Part shown: positions 57,838-64,000 of the stretch, one piece after another
Position numbering within the stretch: position 1 is the stretch's first letter
Layout of the letters: each line of letters begins with the position of its first letter
Assembly: GCA_027118455.1 (NCBI GenBank)
Contig: JAJAYZ010000015.1
Span: 3,596 to 67,595 of the forward strand
Direction: 5' to 3'
Length of the DNA stretch: 64,000 nt
From: Actinomycetes bacterium
GTDB taxonomy: Bacteria > Actinomycetota > Actinomycetes > JAHEKZ01
The notes under the pieces: generated by a model
What the model was told of the DNA's origin: nothing
The model's database searches: none
What the model saw: the letters and a program-made list of their open reading frames with translations, nothing else
Program-made: the position numbers and the translations under genes

Positions 57838-58041
57838 AGCACGTCCAGGGGAGCGGGGTGGGGCACCAGGCCTCCTGTGGGTCGGCGGTGAGTGCGTCGG
57901 GACACCGCGGGGTCAGGGGCTTCAGCGTAAGCCGCGAGCGGGTCTGCGGCTGCGTCAAGGTATCCCTCCACTTCACTCCACCCTGATGATCTGCGGTTTC
58001 ATACCTCAAGTCAGAACTTCGAACCGTCGATGTGATTGACG

Positions 58042-58085
58042 GTGGGGAGAAGTGGAGTAAGGTGGCGCATCGTGGGTGAGAGCGG
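58042..58085 (+). promoter_or_regulatory. MraZ-binding direct repeats overlapping the dcw promoter
   Basis: GTGG at 58042, 58052, 58062, 58072 (GCGG 58082), 10-bp period; TTGACG at 58036 and TAAGGT at 58058. Confidence 0.8.
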
Positions 58086-58103
58086 AGAGGGGAGGCGGCG
58101 CCG

Positions 58104-58532
58104 GTGTTCTTGGGCACGCACTACCCCAAGTTGGACGACAAAGGACGCCTCTTCCTGCCGGCGAAGTTCCGCGAGCCCCTTCAGGGGGGCCTGGTGATCA
58201 CCAAGGGCCAGGAGCACTCGCTCTTCGTCTTCCCGCGCGAGGACTTCTTCGAGTACGCCCGGCGCTTTGAGAGCGCCCCGTTGTCGAGCAAAGGGGCCCG
58301 TGACTACGTCCGCGTCCTGCTTTCTGGAGCTTCGGACGAACTGCCCGACCGCCAGGGCCGAATCACGATCCCGCCAACGCTGCGTGAGTACGCGGGACTG
58401 ACCAAAGAGTGCGTCGTCATCGGTGCAGGTGCCCGCGTCGAAATCTGGGACTCAGCGCGATGGACCGACTACCTCGGCCCCAGTGAGGGTGCCTACGCCG
58501 ACCTCAGCGAGGAGGTGCTGCCCGGCATCTGA
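58104..58532 (+). CDS. mraZ: Division/cell wall cluster repressor MraZ
   Basis: [25 protein letters not shown]. Confidence 0.95.
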   Translation: MFLGTHYPKLDDKGRLFLPAKFREPLQGGLVITKGQEHSLFVFPREDFFEYARRFESAPLSSKGARDYVRVLLSGASDELPDRQGRITIPPTLREYAGLTKECVVIGAGARVEIWDSARWTDYLGPSEGAYADLSEEVLPGI

Positions 58533-58552
58533 TCCCTACTTCCCCGCGGCGT

Positions 58553-58635
58553 GGTCTTACGCCGCTCTTTCCTCCGGGCTGTTCCTGGCGCACCTTCCCC
58601 GGTGCCAGGCCCCGAAGTTGGAGCGGAGGAAGACC
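58553..58635 (+). ncRNA. mraW RNA motif (actinobacterial cis-regulatory hairpin)
   Basis: Long hairpin ggtctt..ccgctc..cctggcgcac-CTTCCCC-ggtgccagg..gagcgg..aagacc upstream of rsmH(mraW), with the characteristic CUUCCCC loop. Confidence 0.8.
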
Positions 58636-58914
58636 AGGCCAGCAGGGCCGAACGATCTACTCCCCGTTCTTTCCAGTCCTCTCCAGTCCAGCCGCACGTG
58701 AAGGGTCGAGCATGAGTGGCACCTTAGGCATCGCCCCGATCCGTGAGGTCGGTGTGGTCGGCGTCTTGCGCCTTGCCCGGTCCGTCCGTGTCCACTTCGG
58801 GGTCGTCCACCGCCGCGGCGGCCTATCGGTTCCCGCGGCGGTTCCGATCGCCATCGTTGTCACCACAGTCGTTGTCTGGGTGACGGTCGCTGCTGCCACC
58901 GGCTGGGTAACGGC

Positions 58915-59862
58915 ATGAACGAGCCAACCCACGCTCCGGTGATGTGTGACCGGGTCGTTGCGCTGCTTGCGCCGGCCCTGCAACAGCCAGGTTCGATCCT
59001 GGTCGATGCCACCGTCGGACTGGGCGGGCACAGCGGCGCGCTCTTGCGCACCTGCCCGCAGGCGCGACTCGTCGGCATCGACCGTGACCCCGGCGCCCTC
59101 GCGATCGCCGGTGACCGGCTGGCTGACGTCGCTGGGCGCACCACGTTGGTTCATGCGATTTACGACGAGATCCCACGGGTACTCGCCGACCTTGGCTTGG
59201 CCGGCCCTCCGCGTGTCCAGGGTGTGCTGCTCGACCTCGGTGTCTCGTCCATGCAGCTTGACCAGCGAGAGCGAGGTTTCGCCTACTCGTATGACGCTCC
59301 TCTCGACATGCGGATGGACCCAACGGCAGGACTTACCGCAGCTGACGTCGTGAATGAGTACACCGTCCAAGAGCTGGCCCGCGTCCTTCGCGAGTACGGC
59401 GAGGAGCGGTTCGCAACGCGGATTGCTCGGACGATCGTCGGACGGCGTCCGGTGTTGACCAGTACCGAACTGGTTGAGGCGATTCGTGAGGCAGTTCCGG
59501 CTCCGGCTCAAAGGACGGGAGGTCATCCGGCCAAGAGGACGTTCCAGGCCTTACGCATCGAGGTCAACGACGAGCTGGGTGCGCTCCGCCGCGCACTTCC
59601 CGCCGCGATTGACGCGCTCGCCGTCCATGGCCGGATCGTCGTGATGTCGTACCAGTCCTTGGAGGACCGCATCACCAAACGGGCCATCGCCGCTCACCTC
59701 GTCGACGACGTCCCCGTCGATCTCCCAGTTCCCGGGCGCGGTCCAGAGCTTGCATTGCTGACTCGCGGCGCCGAGCGACCGACTCAGGACGAGGTTTCGG
59801 GAAACCCCAGGGCTACATCGGCCCGCGTGCGAGCAGCTGAGCGGTTGAGGGAGGCAGCGTGA
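58915..59862 (+). CDS. rsmH: 16S rRNA m4C1402 methyltransferase
   Basis: [42 protein letters not shown]. Confidence 0.96.
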   Translation: MNEPTHAPVMCDRVVALLAPALQQPGSILVDATVGLGGHSGALLRTCPQARLVGIDRDPGALAIAGDRLADVAGRTTLVHAIYDEIPRVLADLGLAGPPRVQGVLLDLGVSSMQLDQRERGFAYSYDAPLDMRMDPTAGLTAADVVNEYTVQELARVLREYGEERFATRIARTIVGRRPVLTSTELVEAIREAVPAPAQRTGGHPAKRTFQALRIEVNDELGALRRALPAAIDALAVHGRIVVMSYQSLEDRITKRAIAAHLVDDVPVDLPVPGRGPELALLTRGAERPTQDEVSGNPRATSARVRAAERLREAA

Positions 59863-60437
59863 GTACGGTCACAGCACCTCGGCGTCCAGGGCGTCCAGGA
59901 GCGGCTCCGTCCAGGAGCCCGGCAAGCCGGCCCCCGGTGCGAGTCGTCCGTGCACCAGCGACGACGCCGGCGCGGGCCCCGTTCGTGGTGCTCGTTCTTG
60001 TGCTGCTTTCACTAGGGCTGGGCGCGCTTCTTCTTCTCAACACGCTGCTGGCCCAGGGTTCCTTCACGCTGCACGAGCTCGACGCCAAGGTGGCCGGCCT
60101 CACCGACCAGGAGCAGGCGCTCCAGCAGAAGGCGGCACAGTTGGCCTCACCCAAGCGGCTTGCTCGGAGCGCAAGGGAGTTGGGGATGGTCGCGTCGGTG
60201 AACCCGGCCTTCCTGCGGACTGAAGACGGCAAGGTTCTCGGCGCGCCGGTCCCCGCTCCGACTCCACCGCCCGTGGTTGGATCGGTAGCCGAGCCCAACA
60301 CCAGCACGGCCACCGATTCGAGCACAGGCTCCGGCGCTGGAGAGATCGTCCGGCAACAGACGACGCAGGACATACAGGCTCAGCCGAACCAGCAGGGCGG
60401 AACGAACAACAAGGGCAACGGAGGGGCGGATCGGTGA
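59859..60437 (+). CDS. ftsL: Cell division protein FtsL-like
   Basis: TM helix + coiled coil, ARELGMV; position between rsmH and ftsI. Confidence 0.8.
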   Translation: MSTVTAPRRPGRPGAAPSRSPASRPPVRVVRAPATTPARAPFVVLVLVLLSLGLGALLLLNTLLAQGSFTLHELDAKVAGLTDQEQALQQKAAQLASPKRLARSARELGMVASVNPAFLRTEDGKVLGAPVPAPTPPPVVGSVAEPNTSTATDSSTGSGAGEIVRQQTTQDIQAQPNQQGGTNNKGNGGADR

Positions 60438-62197
60438 CGCAGGCACGCCGCCCCACCCGCCGGGCTCCCTCCCGACAGCGGAAGACCGGCGACCCCCGTC
60501 GTCGCCTGGTGACGGTCGGCATTCTCGTCGCGATGGTCATGTCGCTGTTTGCCGGACGGTTGCTGCAACTCCAGGGCGTAGAAGCCGCCGCGTATGCGGC
60601 CACAGCTGAGGCTGAACGGCTCCGCACCGTCACGATCCCGGCGACCCGAGGAACGATTACTGACGCCAACGGTGTTGCCTTGGCGACGACCGTCGACGCC
60701 GTGACCATCACCGCTGATCAGACGCAAATCGCCGACCCTGTGGCTGTCGCAGCTGCGCTGGCGCCCGTCCTCGGTGAGCCGATCAAGGCGATCTACAACC
60801 TCATCAACGGAGACCTTCGGTTCGCCTATGTCGCGCGAGAAGTCACCCCGAAGAAGTGGGACGAGGTTGCCGCCTTGCGCCTGCCCGGTATCTACAGCGA
60901 GCCAACGGCCAAGCGGGTTTACCCGCAGGGGTCACTTGCCGCTGCGGTGCTTGGGTTCGTTGGAAGCGATGGCCATGGGCTCGAGGGCCTGGAGTACAGC
61001 CTGGACTCCAAACTCGCCGGAAAGGACGGGCAGCTCACCTATGAGTCAGCAGCAGGTGGCCACCGGATCCCGAGTGCCGACTCGGTGAATGAGGCGTCCG
61101 TCCCGGGTGCAGACGTGCAGCTGACCATCGACCGCGACATCCAGTTCATCGCCGAAAGGGCTATTCGCGCCAAGGTGAAGGAGTCTGACTCCGATAGCGG
61201 CACGGTCGTCGCGATGGACCCCCGGACCGGCGAGGTGCTCGCCCTGGCCACGTACCCATCTCTGAACCCCAGAAGCCCGGAATCGGCGCCCGAAGCCGAT
61301 CGTGGCAATAGAGCAGTGACTGAGATCTACGAGCCGGGAAGCACCAGCAAGGTGATGACGATGGCCGCCGCCCTCGACGCGGGAGCTGTTACCCCCAACT
61401 CCAAGGTGGAGGTGCCGCCCATCTTGTACCGGGGCGGCGACAGCTTCCACGACCACTCACCGCACGGCACGTTGCACCTGACGGCCACCGGAGTCTTGGC
61501 CCAGTCGAGCAACATTGGGATGATCCTCATCGCCGAGCGGCTCGGGGACCAAGCGCTCTACGCCTACCTCCGTAAGTTCGGAATGGGATCCACCAGCGGG
61601 TTGGACTTCCCCGGCGAAAGTGCGGGCATCCTTCCCAATGTGAACGACTGGGGGCCAACCAACGCTGCGACGATCGCCTTCGGACAGGGGCTGTCGCTCA
61701 ACGCGGTCCAGTCGACGTCAGTCTTCGCGACCATCGCCAACAACGGGGTTCGTGTCGAACCCACGGTCATTGCCGGCACTTCGGCACCTGATGGATCGTT
61801 CACGCCTGCTCCGGCGCCACAGCGCCATCGAGTGGTGAGCGCGGAGGCTGCGATCACCACGCGCGAGATGATGGAGACCGTTGTTTCCGACCAAGGCACT
61901 GCGCCGATGGCACAGATTCCTGGCTATCGGGTGGCTGGCAAGACAGGCACGGCAGAGCGCGTTGATGAGAGCTGTGGCTGCTACAGCGGCTACACCGCCT
62001 CGTTCATCGGCTTCGCGCCGGCTGACAAGCCAGCCATCGTCGTCTCCGTCACCCTCCAGGATCCGAAGGGTGAGCACTACGGCGGAGTTCTCGGTGGTCC
62101 TGTCTTCAAACGTGTCACGTCGTTCGCTTTGCAGAGCCAGCAGGTACCTCCGACGGCAACCACCGTGCCTTCGATGCGCTTGACTTACCGACCCTGA
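60434..62197 (+). CDS. ftsI: Class B penicillin-binding protein FtsI
   Basis: RGTI.D.NG, EPGSTSK (SxxK), SSN, KTGTA. Confidence 0.93.
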   Translation: MTQARRPTRRAPSRQRKTGDPRRRLVTVGILVAMVMSLFAGRLLQLQGVEAAAYAATAEAERLRTVTIPATRGTITDANGVALATTVDAVTITADQTQIADPVAVAAALAPVLGEPIKAIYNLINGDLRFAYVAREVTPKKWDEVAALRLPGIYSEPTAKRVYPQGSLAAAVLGFVGSDGHGLEGLEYSLDSKLAGKDGQLTYESAAGGHRIPSADSVNEASVPGADVQLTIDRDIQFIAERAIRAKVKESDSDSGTVVAMDPRTGEVLALATYPSLNPRSPESAPEADRGNRAVTEIYEPGSTSKVMTMAAALDAGAVTPNSKVEVPPILYRGGDSFHDHSPHGTLHLTATGVLAQSSNIGMILIAERLGDQALYAYLRKFGMGSTSGLDFPGESAGILPNVNDWGPTNAATIAFGQGLSLNAVQSTSVFATIANNGVRVEPTVIAGTSAPDGSFTPAPAPQRHRVVSAEAAITTREMMETVVSDQGTAPMAQIPGYRVAGKTGTAERVDESCGCYSGYTASFIGFAPADKPAIVVSVTLQDPKGEHYGGVLGGPVFKRVTSFALQSQQVPPTATTVPSMRLTYRP

Positions 62198-62212
62198 TCC
62201 CGGTCTTCGGCC

Positions 62213-63751
62213 ATGTCACAGAACACCCCGCGCGCACCACGGCCGACTCCGCGTCCGATCTCCCTTGACGATGTGTCCGGAGCCTTGGCTCTTGATCCGG
62301 GGGCTGCTGCGCACATCGACGTCACAGGGGTGACGCTCGACTCCCGCGATGTTCGCCAAGGTGACTTGTTCGTGGCGCTCTCTGGCGAGCGAGTACACGG
62401 TGCAACATTTGCAGCCCAGGCGGCAGCTGCCGGGGCGGTGGCCGTTGCCACGGACGAGGGCGGGGCCGAGTTGGTGGGGCCCCTGCTGCCGTGCCTGGTG
62501 ATCGATGGTCTCCGTAGCAGGACGGGTGAACTGGCGGCCGAGATCTACGGCCGGCCCGCCGACGACCTGCTCTTGCTCGGCGTGACCGGCACCAATGGCA
62601 AGACGACAACAACGTATCTCCTCGATTCTGGGCTGCGCGCCGCTGGGCATCGGACGGGACTGGTGGGGACGGTTGCTACGTTGATCGACGGCGAAGCATT
62701 CGAGACGGTGCGCACGACCCCTGAGGCTCCTGAGCTGCATGCCCTCCTCGCTGTCATGCGCGAACGCGGGGTCACCGCCGTGGCGATGGAGGTCTCCAGC
62801 CACGCCCTGGCCATGGGTCGAGTTGACGGTTGTCTCTTCGACGTCGCGGGCTTTACTCAGCTTGGGGTGGACCATCTTGACTTCCATGGCAGCGAAGAGG
62901 CCTACTTCGCCGCCAAGCAGATGCTCTTTCAACCCCAACGCAGCAAGTCCGCAGTCATCACGATCGACGACGACGGTGGACGCCGCATGGCGACGTGTGC
63001 ACGCACCCCGTTGGTGACTCTCGGCACGGGCGGGACAGGTGACTGGGCCATCACCGACATCAAGGAACGTCGTGGTGGCGGCTATGACTACGTGCTCACC
63101 GATTCCGATGGGTCGGTGCGTCCAGGAGTCGTCCAGCTCATGGGGCGTTTCAATGTCGCTAACGCGGCGTTGGCGCAGGTGATGCTGGCCGTTGCCGGTG
63201 TTGAACAAGACGCCGTGTCCCGGGGAATTGGGGAGTGCCGCGGGGTGCCCGGCCGCATGGAGCGGGTCGGGCCCCCCGACGTCGCGCTCGTTGTGGACTA
63301 TGCGCACACCGCCGATGCACTGGGCCGGGCGATCGAGGCGGTAACACCAGAGACTGGGGGAGAGGTGATCGTGGTATTCGGCTGCGGAGGCGACCGTGAT
63401 CGGAGCAAACGTGAACCCATGGGAGTTATAGCGGCTGCCCGCGCCGCTGTCGTTGTGGTGACCGATGACAACCCTCGATCAGAACTGCCCGGCCTCATTC
63501 GGGAGGCTGTCCTGGCCGGCACAGCTCAGGTTCCTTCGGACCAGCGGGCCGACGTGGTCGAGGTAGGCGACCGATTGGCTGCGCTGGAGTTCGCGGTACG
63601 GCGCGCGCGACCGGGGGATGTCATCTTGGTCGCTGGCAAGGGTCATGAGAGCGGACAGGAGGTGGGTGCGGTGGTGACGCCCTTCGACGACCGCGTCGAA
63701 CTACTCGCCGCCTGGCGCCGCGTCCACGAAGCGACACCGGGTGGCCAGTGA
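62213..63751 (+). CDS. murE: UDP-MurNAc-tripeptide synthetase
   Basis: TGTNGKTT, MEVSSH, DYAHT, DNPR (DAP-type), GKGHE. Confidence 0.95.
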   Translation: MSQNTPRAPRPTPRPISLDDVSGALALDPGAAAHIDVTGVTLDSRDVRQGDLFVALSGERVHGATFAAQAAAAGAVAVATDEGGAELVGPLLPCLVIDGLRSRTGELAAEIYGRPADDLLLLGVTGTNGKTTTTYLLDSGLRAAGHRTGLVGTVATLIDGEAFETVRTTPEAPELHALLAVMRERGVTAVAMEVSSHALAMGRVDGCLFDVAGFTQLGVDHLDFHGSEEAYFAAKQMLFQPQRSKSAVITIDDDGGRRMATCARTPLVTLGTGGTGDWAITDIKERRGGGYDYVLTDSDGSVRPGVVQLMGRFNVANAALAQVMLAVAGVEQDAVSRGIGECRGVPGRMERVGPPDVALVVDYAHTADALGRAIEAVTPETGGEVIVVFGCGGDRDRSKREPMGVIAAARAAVVVVTDDNPRSELPGLIREAVLAGTAQVPSDQRADVVEVGDRLAALEFAVRRARPGDVILVAGKGHESGQEVGAVVTPFDDRVELLAAWRRVHEATPGGQ

Positions 63752-64000
63752 TGATCCCCACCAGCCTCCGTGACGTCGCTGATGCCGTCGATGGTCAGCT
63801 AGCTGGCGTCGCTGAACCCACAGCCTTGGTCGTTCACGTGTGCTCCGACACCCGAGACGTCGCGCCCGGGAGCCTCTTTGTGGCCCTTGCCGGAACCAGG
63901 GTGGATGGCCACGACTACGCAGCTGCCGCTGCGCAGGCCGGCTCGGTGGCGGTGTTGGGTACGCGACCGACCGCCGCGCCAACGATCGTTGTCCCTGATG
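63751..64000 (+). CDS. murF: MurF, 5' part truncated by the window end
   Basis: Manual translation MIPTSLRDVADAVDG..DTRDVAPGSLFVALAGTRVDGHDY. Confidence 0.85.
   Translation, partial: MIPTSLRDVADAVDGQLAGVAEPTALVVHVCSDTRDVAPGSLFVALAGTRVDGHDYAAAAAQAGSVAVLGTRPTAAPTIVVPD

Overview
High-GC actinobacterial (Actinomycetes) chromosomal segment ending in the start of the dcw cluster. Left to right: a stand-alone DnaB-type ATPase convergent with a Tad/Flp pilus operon (cpaB-cpaE-cpaF-VWA/tadB-tadC plus a pseudo-receiver/GAF protein); an ABC ATPase with a split permease; SRPBCC-ArsA/Get3-like-glkA; two convergent tadE-tadG pilin cassettes; a probable sugar pseudokinase; plsC, glpK, pfkA and class II DAHP synthase; ada-alkA/ogt/nfo repair genes; pknL and an Rv2175c-like gene; an interrupted carotenoid cluster (crtYc/Yd, crtB, crtI, crtE, crtD-like, glycosyltransferase, cruF, crtA-like); a LexA-box-preceded cassette DUF6504-HEPN-dnaE2-dinB with no imuA/imuB; moxR-DUF58-transglutaminase; and mraZ-(mraW RNA motif)-rsmH-ftsL-ftsI-murE-murF'. 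No rRNA, tRNA, CRISPR array or transposase was seen. Best leads: a re-wired mutasome (free ImuB-C-like domain, clamp-motif-bearing DnaE2, intact DinB, HEPN protein), a DnaB/KaiC-like ATPase plus REC-GAF module at the Tad locus, and an 83-bp dispersed repeat whose 27-bp core is flipped between its two copies. All family calls come from motif recognition by eye, not database searches.
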